DNA of 64,000 nucleotides from NCBI GenBank assembly GCA_022793875.1, contig JAAWDR010000026.1, positions 26,296 to 90,295 of the forward strand, written 5' to 3'. This stretch comes from Clostridia bacterium. Lineage in GTDB: Bacteria > Bacillota > Clostridia > TANB77 > CAG-508. Positions within the stretch are counted from its first letter, which is position 1, and each line of letters begins with the position of its first letter. Shown in pieces: positions 19,601 to 28,997 of this stretch. The position numbers and the translations under genes were made by a program. Under the pieces are notes generated by a model. The model searched no databases. It was not told the DNA's origin and was given only the letters and a program-made list of their open reading frames with translations.

Positions 19601-20012
19601 AGTTATTTATAAAATAAAACATAATCAAATATTAACAGAAATAGAAAAAGAAGATTTAGAAAGAATTATGTTTGAAGAATTAGGAAATAATAAAGACTTT
19701 GTTGAAGCCTTTGGAGATTCAAATGTAGTACAAGTTGTTAGAAACTTAGTAGGATTAGACAGAGAAACAGCAAATCAAATATTCTCGAAATATATTAATG
19801 ACAATAGATTGAATAGTAAACAGATTCAATTTATAAAACAATTAAAAGAATATCTAATTGTAAATGGAATAATTAGTTTAGAAAAACTAAGAGAGCAACC
19901 ATTCAGCACGATAGGTTCTATATCAGATATATTTAAAGATAATATAAATACTTTTAATGAAATCAAAGAAGACATAGAAATGATTAATGAAAACACTATA
20001 AAATTTGCTTAA
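16674..20012 (+). CDS. hsdR: Type I R-M restriction subunit
   Basis: VDY..VEAK nuclease motif, MATGTGKT, DEAH, TATP, QMIGRGTR. Confidence 0.95.
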   Translation: MSNFDFLENNKLFRSFAKASIEAEKGLETNPVTCIMLSRKALELGVKWLYANDKLLIMPYQNNLSSLIHTITFKNIVNEDVRKGIDFIVKKGNFVIHTNSNISRDEAILVLKCLFSFMKWIYFNYDQNYEEIEFDINKLPEESNENLKLAEREKLEQELEEQTKKLEDTLKENEELRKQLTEERESKQKSKNFEIKDLSEFETRKQFIDLDLQISGWDFNENITEELEVQGMKNAEGIGYVDYVLFGKNGLPLAVVEAKRSSKNAHEGKQQASLYADCLEEKYGQRPVIYYTNGIEIYFWDNLDYPERRVQGFHTQDELQRLVNRRKAKQSLEHIFIDTKITDRPYQLEAIKRVCESFENKHRKALVVMATGTGKTRTAISLVDVLTGKGWVQNILFLADRTELIKQAKKNFVKLLPDVSCCNLLDSKDSPEDSRIVFSTYQTMINAIDNMRNKDGKRLFTPGHFDLIIIDEAHRSIYKKYQSIFEYFDGLLVGLTATPRSDVDRNTYSFFELENNVPTFAYEYQEAIDDGYLVDYHNIKTSTEFLERGIKYSQLKDEEKEEYENLFEEDENVPEEIDSSAINTWLFNKDTIKKILETLMEKGLKVEGGDKLGKTIIFARNHNHAEEIEKVFNSLYPHYKGDFARVIDNKVNYAETLIELFEDPKKLPQISISVDMLDTGIDVPEILNLVFFKPIKSKVKFWQMIGRGTRLCDNVFGEGVNKKEFYIFDCCNNFEFFEENAKGIETGATEGLTEKIFNSKLDLIVELQNLDYQSINQYVEYRKELIQEFLEAINELNDESFIVRSKKKYIDKYSKVENWNSISSIDKVEIKENLTPIFIVTDIDESAKRFDNLVYSLQVRKMKNKYCSMQINSIVSLIEELKELGTITQIKEKAELIQMTANSGYWERASFFDIENVRTQLRDLIKFIENPPRKIWNVDIEDTIIVDEEQKNINRDNFEDYKKKVKKFLEGNMDNLVIYKIKHNQILTEIEKEDLERIMFEELGNNKDFVEAFGDSNVVQVVRNLVGLDRETANQIFSKYINDNRLNSKQIQFIKQLKEYLIVNGIISLEKLREQPFSTIGSISDIFKDNINTFNEIKEDIEMINENTIKFA

Positions 20013-20811
20013 AATATTCTTTATTACACAGGAGAAGATAATGAATAATAATGTAGTTAATATTGTAATTTATAGTAAGGAAACTGAAATTTTAAATGAT
20101 TTAAAATATGCAATTGAAAAGGAATGTACCTTTTTTAAACAAAATACACAAATAGTTAATGATATTAAAAAAGTTGATAAGATAGAAAATATAAATATTT
20201 TAATTGTAGTATTTAAAAATCAAAGAATGAATATAGTTAAGAACTTAAACAATAAAGCAGAAAAACTAATTATAGTAGACTTAAAAAAGGGCATTATCAA
20301 AGGAAATCAAGAAAAAGTAGAAGAAATCACAAAAACAGAAGATATAAGGGCAATTGCTTTTTCTATTGTATTTAACTATTATGATGAATCAAGAAAGAAA
20401 AAATTTGAAGAAGTTCAAAAGCAAAATGATTCAAATTTAGATAAAGGATTAAATAAATTTGAAGGCAAGGAAAATTTTAAAAGAGAAATATCATTAAAAA
20501 TAGACAAAGCATTAACTATAAATGGCAGAAATTTTAAAGGATTTGAAGAATTAAAGACTATGATAATGTTTTGCATAATCAATGATATTTCTATAAAAGA
20601 AAATAGTAATGATTATAATTACATATATGACGCTACAGCAAAGATTCTTAATGAAACAAAAGGAAGAATGAAAGATAATATAACTACAGGATTAGCAGTA
20701 GTAAGACATAGAAAATGCAAAAGTAAAATTGGCAATTGTATTATTGAAGTAAAAACTAAACCAATTGCAGAACAGATTATATTGATTGGAAAAGAAATTA
20801 TAGAAATGTAA
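20005..20811 (+). CDS. Divergent Spo0A-like regulator (degenerate receiver plus Spo0A C-terminal-like DNA-binding domain; start probably 20041)
   Basis: KGFEELKTMI / IYDATAKILNETKGRMKDNITTGLAVV / KTKPIAEQII align by eye with Spo0A KGYLYLREAI / [27 protein letters not shown] / KAKPTNSEFI. Confidence 0.6.
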   Translation: MLKIFFITQEKIMNNNVVNIVIYSKETEILNDLKYAIEKECTFFKQNTQIVNDIKKVDKIENINILIVVFKNQRMNIVKNLNNKAEKLIIVDLKKGIIKGNQEKVEEITKTEDIRAIAFSIVFNYYDESRKKKFEEVQKQNDSNLDKGLNKFEGKENFKREISLKIDKALTINGRNFKGFEELKTMIMFCIINDISIKENSNDYNYIYDATAKILNETKGRMKDNITTGLAVVRHRKCKSKIGNCIIEVKTKPIAEQIILIGKEIIEM

Positions 20812-20877
20812 ACATAAGATTTTGCAAAAACATTGCAAAATCTTGCATTATACTTTTTTAAATTGATGTGTTAAAAT
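20812..20877 (+). promoter_or_regulatory. Conserved promoter motif, copy 2
   Basis: ACATAAGATTTTGCAAAAACATTGCAAAATCTTGCATTATAC...TGTTAAAAT. Confidence 0.8.
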
Positions 20878-20959
20878 ATGGACACTAGCTTATAATAAGT
20901 ATATTTTATATAGTGCTACAAAAGAGGAGTAAATAGATGGTAGAAAGTAGGGGATTACA

Positions 20960-21211
20960 ATGGGAAAAATATACAAAGAAGCTAATAAATGTGAAACAGA
21001 AACAACAATAAATGTATTATATAGCGAAAAAATAATGTCTATCTATACAAATAGAGTTGATTTAGAAAGAAGACTATATAAAATATTAGGAGAACCTAAA
21101 AAAGAATATATAAAAGGAAGGTCTATTTTAGGTAGCTGTTGGGAAATACCATTAAATGACACGAGCAAAATCAATAAAGTTATACTAAAAGCTAATATTT
21201 ATGGAATTTAA
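20960..21211 (+). CDS. Hypothetical protein
   Basis: 83 aa ORF following promoter copy 2. Confidence 0.7.
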   Translation: MGKIYKEANKCETETTINVLYSEKIMSIYTNRVDLERRLYKILGEPKKEYIKGRSILGSCWEIPLNDTSKINKVILKANIYGI

Positions 21212-21219
21212 AAAGAGTA

Positions 21220-21939
21220 ATGAAATTATGGAGTGATACAATGTTAAGAGTAGATGTAATAACAGATTATATGAATTATTATAAAATAAGTAACAAAACT
21301 ATATCAATAGAAGATGTTGCTAAAACATTAGTAAAATGTAAAATTTTAGATAAACGAGCTAAAAAATATAACATAGTAGGATATAGTTTTGAGGAATTGC
21401 TATACAATGAATTGATGGATATAAAAGAACAGATTTGTTTTTCTTTTATGACTTTACTAGAATATAGTCTATATTATGAACAAGAAGATGAAAAACTTTA
21501 TATGATAGAACCAATATATCAAGGTATGAGTTTTTTAGTTGATATAATAAATAAAACAGGAGAAACAAGAAAGTATTGTAGATATAAAAATGTAATAAAA
21601 ACTATTATGAAGTATGAAAATGATTTTTATGATAATAATTTAAGAAATTGCAATGAAATAGAAAAAGAAATTTTAATAAAAAATGATTTAATAGAACATA
21701 CTGGAGATTTCTTATTTAATTTAGAATATTGCAGATTAGTAGATAATTCAAATAAAGAGAAATCAGAAGAATATTGGAATGCAATAATGAAATTAATTAA
21801 TACCATAGATAAGGTAGGAGAACAAAAAAATATACAATCAAATAGGAATATAGAAGAAAGTATTAGAAGAAAAACACTAACATATTTAACTAAAAATAAT
21901 AAAGAGCTAAAAGATATATTTGAATATAACATTCAGTAA
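21220..21939 (+). CDS. Hypothetical protein
   Basis: 239 aa ORF. Confidence 0.7.
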   Translation: MKLWSDTMLRVDVITDYMNYYKISNKTISIEDVAKTLVKCKILDKRAKKYNIVGYSFEELLYNELMDIKEQICFSFMTLLEYSLYYEQEDEKLYMIEPIYQGMSFLVDIINKTGETRKYCRYKNVIKTIMKYENDFYDNNLRNCNEIEKEILIKNDLIEHTGDFLFNLEYCRLVDNSNKEKSEEYWNAIMKLINTIDKVGEQKNIQSNRNIEESIRRKTLTYLTKNNKELKDIFEYNIQ

Positions 21940-22005
21940 ACATAATTTTTTGCAAAAAGTTTGCAAAATCCTGCAGTATACATTCAATTTTTCAAGTGCT
22001 AAAAT
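21940..22005 (+). promoter_or_regulatory. Conserved promoter motif, copy 3
   Basis: ACATAATTTTTTGCAAAAAGTTTGCAAAATCCTGCAGTATAC...TGCTAAAAT. Confidence 0.8.
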
Positions 22006-22032
22006 ATTAATATCAAAAATTATATGTGAATG

Positions 22033-22071
22033 AGAGAGCTAATTAGAGAAATTTAACTAGCTTTCTTTTTT
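22033..22071 (+). terminator. Terminator-like hairpin in the leader downstream of copy 3
   Basis: AGAGAGCTAATTAGA/TTTAACTAGCTTTCT plus T-tract. Confidence 0.55.
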
Positions 22072-23122
22072 GCTGTTTTTAGGAGGAATTATGAAAGGTA
22101 TTATTAAGAGTGGTCTAGTTACAGGACTATTAGCAATGTGTTTAATGTCGAATGTATATGCGACAGATAACAAAACAATAAATAAAACAATTTTAAAATC
22201 AGAAGAAAGTAGTTTTTTAACATCAATAGAGCAAGAAATGGAAGAGAACGAAACTAAGTACAAATTATCAAATTATTTTAAAGAAGATGATACAGAAAAT
22301 TCAAAAATAGTTACAGCATATAAAAAAGATGTAATTAAGAGTAATACAAAAGAATCTATTATAAGCCACTTTGGAGATAACCTAAACTATGAAGATGAAG
22401 AGTATTCTGGTGTAATTGCCTTGAAAGATTATGATATAAAAACAATTAGCAATGGAAAATATGAAGCAATTGATGAAAAGAAAATTAACTTTAATAAATA
22501 TAGCAAAAATGATTTAGATAATATTGAAAAAGAAAAAGTTATAGGTGGCGTAACATATTCACTTATTAATGTTAATTGGAAAAATGATGAAACAGAAAAT
22601 ATTGATGGTCAAGAAGTACCAATAACTTATAAAGGTACAATGATATATCAAGCAGTAGTAACAAGAAATAATCCTTATAGTTATGAAATAACTGTTACAT
22701 ACGAAGGAAGTGTTGAAAGAAAAGATCCTATTTATTTATATACATTAGAGTATGAAAAAATTCAAGAAGAACCAATAATTGAAATTATTGAAGAAACAAA
22801 AGATTATACAGTTCCTACAATAATTATAAGTGGATTAGGTATAGCATTAGTAGTTGTTTATTGTATAGGAAAAACAACAGCAAGAGTATATGTTAAAACA
22901 GACAATGGATTCAAATTAATAAGAGTTGTTAGACTAAGTAAGAAACACAATACAATTAATTTAAGTAATTACAAACACAAAACAGTTACAAATATGTTTG
23001 CAATAAAAACTACAAATGGATTCTATAATAAAAATCAAAATATACTTATCAAAATAAAGAAAGATAAGATTACTAAAAATGTATATCTAAATAGTGCTTA
23101 TATTGATTTTATATTAGGGTAA
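22070..23122 (+). CDS. Exported protein with signal peptide and TM anchor (start probably 22091)
   Basis: Signal peptide ending NVYA, TM near aa 250, AGGAGG RBS before ATG 22091. Confidence 0.75.
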   Translation: MLFLGGIMKGIIKSGLVTGLLAMCLMSNVYATDNKTINKTILKSEESSFLTSIEQEMEENETKYKLSNYFKEDDTENSKIVTAYKKDVIKSNTKESIISHFGDNLNYEDEEYSGVIALKDYDIKTISNGKYEAIDEKKINFNKYSKNDLDNIEKEKVIGGVTYSLINVNWKNDETENIDGQEVPITYKGTMIYQAVVTRNNPYSYEITVTYEGSVERKDPIYLYTLEYEKIQEEPIIEIIEETKDYTVPTIIISGLGIALVVVYCIGKTTARVYVKTDNGFKLIRVVRLSKKHNTINLSNYKHKTVTNMFAIKTTNGFYNKNQNILIKIKKDKITKNVYLNSAYIDFILG

Positions 23123-23123
23123 T

Positions 23124-24152
23124 ATGGAGGACAAAATGGAATTAGAAAATGCAACAATAATAGATTTTGGAGAAGTAGAACTTTTGGCAAATAAAGAAGA
23201 ACTTTATATGGGGTTCAAGAATGAAGCAAAATTTAAAATAAATTGGTGTAGATTAAAGGATAAACCAGACCAATTAATATGTTTAAATATAGAATGTGAT
23301 AAATTATCAGAAGAGATAAAAGAAAAAGAAATACCAATAGTTAATATTACAGAAATGATTAGATTGCAGTTTATGGAATTGTTAGAAAAGGAATTAAATA
23401 GCTTTATTGGAAAAAATATCAATAATATTTCATATTTTTTTGAAAAAGACGAATATACTGACGCAAATCGAAACAAATATTATGCTAATCCAGAATTTTT
23501 AAAGATTTCAGATATTGGCATTGATTTTTTTAATGAAAATGCAAGTATAGAACAAAAATCAAAAGTTCATACATCATTTTGTATTTATGATGAAATAAAC
23601 AAATCAAAACTTAAATATAAACCTTCTGCTTATTATTCAGAAAAAATAGTAGAAATAGATATGAAAGAAAATAAAATCTTAACAGAACCTTCTACTATTA
23701 TGAATTTAGTTTATAGCGAAGTGGATTTGTGTAAGATTTTAGCATATAAACAATACGAACTAGGAATAACACCCCCTTTTTATAATGAGATAGCGAAAAT
23801 TAATAGATTTTTAAAAGATAAAAAGACAATTACAGTATTATTAAAAGATAATACAGAAATAAAAATTGAAGCAGATATAACAGACATTATTGATTTCTAT
23901 AATGGAGTATTTTCGATAAATCGAAATTTATTAAATTTATCTTATGATGAAGCAAATAGAGAAAAAGTGGATATTAATAATTTAAAAGCTTTAAGACACG
24001 GAAAAACGGAAATTAGTATAAATACAGAAAATTTAAAGCCATTAGAACAACAATTAGATGAAATAATTCATAATGAAAATAAAGGAATAATTTGTAATAT
24101 TACAAATCAAGAATTAGAAAATGAAGATCAAGGAGATACAAATGAAATTTGA
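23124..24152 (+). CDS. Hypothetical protein, paralog A
   Basis: Shares TPPFYNE.AKIN.FL..KKT motif with next gene. Confidence 0.75.
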   Translation: MEDKMELENATIIDFGEVELLANKEELYMGFKNEAKFKINWCRLKDKPDQLICLNIECDKLSEEIKEKEIPIVNITEMIRLQFMELLEKELNSFIGKNINNISYFFEKDEYTDANRNKYYANPEFLKISDIGIDFFNENASIEQKSKVHTSFCIYDEINKSKLKYKPSAYYSEKIVEIDMKENKILTEPSTIMNLVYSEVDLCKILAYKQYELGITPPFYNEIAKINRFLKDKKTITVLLKDNTEIKIEADITDIIDFYNGVFSINRNLLNLSYDEANREKVDINNLKALRHGKTEISINTENLKPLEQQLDEIIHNENKGIICNITNQELENEDQGDTNEI

Positions 24153-25086
24153 AAACGCAATTGAAATACATTTAGATAATGTAATTTTATTAGGAAATAA
24201 AAGGGATTTTAAATTGCAAGGATATGATAATAAGTTCTTACAACTTTGTCATTGGTGCTATTTAAAACAATTACCGAATCAAATATTTTGCCTATATCAA
24301 AATATAATTAAAGATTTTAATTATAGAGATGAATTAGACAAAGAAATATTTAATAGTGATGTTAAAATAGTAGATTTTAAAGAGAGTATATATAAAGAGC
24401 TAGATAGGATATTTAGAGATAATATCAACAAATTTGTAGAAAAAAATATAAATAATATAGCATATTTCTTTGATTGCAATGCAAACGAATATCAAAAGAT
24501 TAGTTTATATGAGATGGGAATTGATTTAAGAGAAAAAAGAGTTTATGGAGTTGATGAAAATATTAATATATTACTTAATAATTTTCAATATAAAGATATT
24601 GCTAATGGAATAGTTGAATTATCTACAAGAGATGGAAAAGAACATTTAATATTTGATATGAAAACAATAAGATTTGAAAATAATGATGTAGACATATTTA
24701 AAAAAGTATATAAATTACCTACATTAAAGAAATTCCTCGCTTATGAACAATATAAGAGAGGAATGACACCACCATTTTATAATGAAGTAGCAAAGATAAA
24801 TCAATTTTTAGAGGGAAAAAAGACAGTTACTCTATTATTTAATAAAGGATATGAAAAACAAGTACCTGCTCAAATTGCTCAAATATTAGCGACTAATGGT
24901 AAAGAATTTTGGATAAATACTCAAGTGGATAATATGGATATAAGCAATTTAAGAGCTATTAGATATGGAAAGAAAGAATTGCCAATAGATATAGAAAATT
25001 TAAAATCATTAGATAAACAGTTAGATGAAATGCTTGCAAATAATGAACAAAATTTAGAGAAAGAGGAATTAGAAATTGAAAGTTAA
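24121..25086 (+). CDS. Hypothetical protein, paralog B
   Basis: Tandem paralog of 23124-24152. Confidence 0.75.
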   Translation: MKIKEIQMKFENAIEIHLDNVILLGNKRDFKLQGYDNKFLQLCHWCYLKQLPNQIFCLYQNIIKDFNYRDELDKEIFNSDVKIVDFKESIYKELDRIFRDNINKFVEKNINNIAYFFDCNANEYQKISLYEMGIDLREKRVYGVDENINILLNNFQYKDIANGIVELSTRDGKEHLIFDMKTIRFENNDVDIFKKVYKLPTLKKFLAYEQYKRGMTPPFYNEVAKINQFLEGKKTVTLLFNKGYEKQVPAQIAQILATNGKEFWINTQVDNMDISNLRAIRYGKKELPIDIENLKSLDKQLDEMLANNEQNLEKEELEIES

Positions 25087-25969
25087 TAAATCACAAGAAA
25101 TAAATACAATATCAGATCGTATAAAGCAAGCTGTATGGAATGGCGAAATTAAAGATTCAAAAGGTTATATTGTAGATTTAAGTAATATAAAAAATACAAT
25201 GGAAATAACAGCAACTATTGAAGAACCGATACACGAATCATTTACAACTGAATCACACTTTTATATTGAAAAAGATAAGGTTGATATTGAAACAGCTATT
25301 GATAAATATGAAGAAATGAAAAATCCATATATATTTAATCTTATAGAATATAATAATCTATTAAAATTACCAGAAGAAACACAAAAAATGTTTTTAGGTA
25401 GTTTGTTAGATATAGAAACAAGAATTGCAAATACAGAAAACAAGGAAATCAAATCAGATGATTTAAGAGTTAGACTGTTTAAAAAAGAAAATGAAAAGAA
25501 AAGATTATACTTAGAAAAAGAAAATACAGAAAAAGAGTATATGGAACTATCTAAAAAGAAAGATGAAAATACTAAAAATATCAATAAATATGTAGAAATA
25601 TTAAAAAGAAATAGTGAAATGTTTAGACCAATAAATATATTAAATAGAATATTTTCAAAGCAAGAAACAGAAGAACAAAATAAATATTATAAAAGTGAAG
25701 CTGTTAAATTGGAAAAAGAAAATATAAAAAATACAGAATTAATATTTGAAAAAATGTTTTATAAAAATGAATTAAATAAACAGATTCAAAGTATAGAAAA
25801 AGAAGTTGATAAATTACGAGAACAATACAAATTAGAAGATGAAGCAAAAGAGAAAGAAACGGATATGTTAAAAGAAAAAAATATGTTGTTTAAAGTATTT
25901 GGAATAGATGTTGAAAATGAATCTATAAAAGAAAATGAAATACAGATTGAACAAGAAAGTGAAGTATAA
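25076..25969 (+). CDS. Coiled-coil hypothetical protein
   Basis: 297 aa, acidic tail EQESEV. Confidence 0.7.
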   Translation: MKVNKSQEINTISDRIKQAVWNGEIKDSKGYIVDLSNIKNTMEITATIEEPIHESFTTESHFYIEKDKVDIETAIDKYEEMKNPYIFNLIEYNNLLKLPEETQKMFLGSLLDIETRIANTENKEIKSDDLRVRLFKKENEKKRLYLEKENTEKEYMELSKKKDENTKNINKYVEILKRNSEMFRPINILNRIFSKQETEEQNKYYKSEAVKLEKENIKNTELIFEKMFYKNELNKQIQSIEKEVDKLREQYKLEDEAKEKETDMLKEKNMLFKVFGIDVENESIKENEIQIEQESEV

Positions 25970-26801
25970 AATGGACAATGTAGACTTTTATTTAGAAGAT
26001 TTAAAAAGCAAATTTAATAAAATTGATTTCAATAAATATTATTTAAGTTATTCTGGTGGAAAGGATAGCCACTTTCTGTATTGGTTTATAAAGGAATATT
26101 TAAAAGATGATAAAATTCAAATTGTTGGTATAAACACCTATATGGAACACCACGAAATTTTAAAAAGAATATATAATAATTGTGATGTGGTTTTATACCC
26201 TAAATTAAAGCCATTAGAAATTAAAGAGAAATATGGAATACCTTGTTTCTCTAAGTGGCAAGACGATATGATATGTCGCTATCAGAACGGAAGTCGTAGA
26301 CCATATCTTATAGAAAGAGTTACAGGAATACATAAAGACACAGGAGAAAAAGTTATTGGACGTTTTAAACTAAATAACACAGCTAGAGAGAAATTATTAG
26401 ATGGTTCTTTGCATAAAATTAGTCCAAAATGCTGTGAATATTTAAAGAAAAAACCAATTAAGGAATTTGAAAAAGAAAGTGGAAAGAAAGCTATTTTAGG
26501 AGTAAGAGCCAATGAAAGTGCATTAAGAAAAGTACAATATACATCTTGTTTTACTAAAAATGGAAAGTTTACACCAATATTTGATTTGACAGATGAATTG
26601 CTTAATGAAATTTATAGAAAATATAAAATAGAACTACCAAGCCTATACAAATATCTTAAAAGGACAGGTTGTTGTGGTTGCCCGTATGGCTCTTATAAAG
26701 GAGATACACAAAAAGAATTAGCTTTAATAAGTGAAGCACAAAAACAATATGTATATAAAGTTTTTAAAGAAAGTTACGAAGTGCTTAAAATTAATGTATA
26801 G
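25935..26801 (+). CDS. PAPS-reductase-family (PP-loop) protein with Cys clusters
   Basis: SYSGGKDS, CC.YLKK.P, GVRANES, RTGCCGCP. Confidence 0.85.
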   Translation: MKYRLNKKVKYKMDNVDFYLEDLKSKFNKIDFNKYYLSYSGGKDSHFLYWFIKEYLKDDKIQIVGINTYMEHHEILKRIYNNCDVVLYPKLKPLEIKEKYGIPCFSKWQDDMICRYQNGSRRPYLIERVTGIHKDTGEKVIGRFKLNNTAREKLLDGSLHKISPKCCEYLKKKPIKEFEKESGKKAILGVRANESALRKVQYTSCFTKNGKFTPIFDLTDELLNEIYRKYKIELPSLYKYLKRTGCCGCPYGSYKGDTQKELALISEAQKQYVYKVFKESYEVLKINV

Positions 26802-26812
26802 AGGAGAACGTT

Positions 26813-27319
26813 GTGAAAAAATTTATTATTAATAAGATACAATATTTATATAAACATATAAAATCTAAAATAGAAAGTATAGAAGAAGAAAAACAAGAAT
26901 TGTCAGGAAATACAATAGAAAATACTATTGATAAACTTAATCTATCAGAAACATTTGATATAAGTAGAATTAGATATGATTATGGTATTAAGTTAAAAAA
27001 TGATAATTTGGTAAAAGTAAATAGCAAATTATTAGAAATAGACAAAGATGGTAATTTGTATTTCTTAAACGATAATCCAAAAGAAAAAATCGAAGTTGGT
27101 AAAGTTGAAGATTGTCTATATGAATTTGATTTATATAATGAAGAATGGAAAAAGGCTGATATTGTTCGTATATTAAGTTGTACCAATTTTGTTATAAAAG
27201 GTAGTAAACTAAAAGAAATAAGCAAAGCTATTTTAGAAAATAGAGGACTGGAATTTTATACAAGTATTAATAAGAATAAAAATAATATAAAATTTGGAGG
27301 TTTGAGCATATATGAGTAA
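26813..27319 (+). CDS. Hypothetical protein
   Basis: 168 aa, GAGGAG RBS. Confidence 0.65.
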   Translation: MKKFIINKIQYLYKHIKSKIESIEEEKQELSGNTIENTIDKLNLSETFDISRIRYDYGIKLKNDNLVKVNSKLLEIDKDGNLYFLNDNPKEKIEVGKVEDCLYEFDLYNEEWKKADIVRILSCTNFVIKGSKLKEISKAILENRGLEFYTSINKNKNNIKFGGLSIYE

Positions 27320-27662
27320 TAATTTGACTATTGAAAATATAAAGAAAGAAGTAGATGGCAGAAATATAATAGATGTTAAACTAAAAGATATGGTAGAACT
27401 TTTAAATAAGTTTAAAGAAGATTTGGGAAATCCCTATTTAACAGAAGAAAAAACATTAGAAGAATGTAATAGCGTAGTATTTAATCCATTAATGGAAGAA
27501 TATATGGGATATAGAAAAGCATATATACAAAAGGCAATTAGCAAAGAAGAGTTTGAAAATCTAGTAGAATCATTTGTAAAACAGGACCAATTTATGAACT
27601 TATATGAAAAAGCAATTGTTGTAAGTAAATCAGAAGCAGAAAGCGAGGAAATAGCAAAATGA
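27312..27662 (+). CDS. Hypothetical protein
   Basis: 116 aa, GGAGG RBS, acidic tail. Confidence 0.7.
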   Translation: MSNNLTIENIKKEVDGRNIIDVKLKDMVELLNKFKEDLGNPYLTEEKTLEECNSVVFNPLMEEYMGYRKAYIQKAISKEEFENLVESFVKQDQFMNLYEKAIVVSKSEAESEEIAK

Positions 27663-28195
27663 GTATAATGCAAGATTTTGAAGAATCAAGAAAAATGATC
27701 GGAGCTGAAAAATATGACGCAATAGAAAAGTATCTTAACGAAGTTTGCCCTAAAAGCAATTATGATAAGTATAATAAAGAATTAAATAGTTTAATTAATA
27801 TACCATCAGATGAATGGCTAAAGAAAAAGGAAGAATTAGAAGAAAAATATGGAATAATTTTTTTAGATGATATTTTATATAAAACAGAAGAATGGGATAA
27901 ATTTGAAACTTGGTATAATGAAAAAAGTAAGACATATATAATTGAACTATGGGAAAATAACGCTGATAGAAATGATGGATTTGGTCAAATTGAAGCAGAT
28001 GATATAAAAGATTTAGGACAAGCTATAAAAAAAGCAAAAGAAATATTTGAAACAACGGAATGTGTATCTATTGAAGTACAAAATTATATTAGTAGAGAAG
28101 CGTTATATTTTAGAGATAAGGTAAATGAAAAATACTTTTTTGTTAAAGAAAATGTGAAAACGGAGGAAGAAGAATTAAATGAACCAGGAGAATAA
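27659..28195 (+). CDS. Hypothetical protein
   Basis: 178 aa, overlapping start/stop, acidic tail. Confidence 0.7.
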   Translation: MSIMQDFEESRKMIGAEKYDAIEKYLNEVCPKSNYDKYNKELNSLINIPSDEWLKKKEELEEKYGIIFLDDILYKTEEWDKFETWYNEKSKTYIIELWENNADRNDGFGQIEADDIKDLGQAIKKAKEIFETTECVSIEVQNYISREALYFRDKVNEKYFFVKENVKTEEEELNEPGE

Positions 28196-28997
28196 AAATA
28201 AAAAAGAACAAGCCTTACAAGATATACAAAAATTAGATAAAATATACTCAATATTAGTTAATACAAAATTTAATGATCAGAATTTATATATATTGACAGA
28301 TAAAATATCTGATGTAGTAAATAAAGAAATTAGCAATAAAATGACCAAAAATAATATTTCTCATCAAGAATACGAAGAAGCAATTGATAAAAGCCATATT
28401 GTCGAAATGAATAAAGATGAAATGATTCGTTTTTATGCAGATAAAATAGTATATGATTGTATTACTGACTGTTCTGAAAATAATAGAATATTTAGTGTTG
28501 ATGAATATACAAATAATGACTTTATAATTAAAAATTTTGCTGAAATTGTAAAAAGAATCAATTTAGATGAGAGAGTAAGCGATTTAGAAGTTGATAGTGA
28601 TAAGAAAGAAATTGATATGGTTTTTTATTTAGACTATTGTCCTCATTACTTTCAAGAAGATTTGGATATAGATGATGACAATAGATGTAGATATATAGAA
28701 AATTTTAAAAATTATATAAATCATTATACTGAAATGCGTCCTGATAAATGGATTAGAACTAATACAAGGGAATTAATTCGTGATTTTATCAATATCGAGC
28801 GTGAAAACGAAGATACTGAATTAATGTATAATGTATTAAACGAAGAATTATATAATTGTGGATTTGTTGAAAAATATTTAGATGGATATACTGTTACAAT
28901 AAATGCTGACAATATAGATGAACTAATTAACCAGTTAGACGAGCGAATTAATGAACTAAAAAAGACATTAGAAGAGGGAGAAATTGAAAATGAATAA
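28179..28997 (+). CDS. Hypothetical protein
   Basis: 272 aa, acidic tail. Confidence 0.7.
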   Translation: MNQENKNKKEQALQDIQKLDKIYSILVNTKFNDQNLYILTDKISDVVNKEISNKMTKNNISHQEYEEAIDKSHIVEMNKDEMIRFYADKIVYDCITDCSENNRIFSVDEYTNNDFIIKNFAEIVKRINLDERVSDLEVDSDKKEIDMVFYLDYCPHYFQEDLDIDDDNRCRYIENFKNYINHYTEMRPDKWIRTNTRELIRDFINIERENEDTELMYNVLNEELYNCGFVEKYLDGYTVTINADNIDELINQLDERINELKKTLEEGEIENE

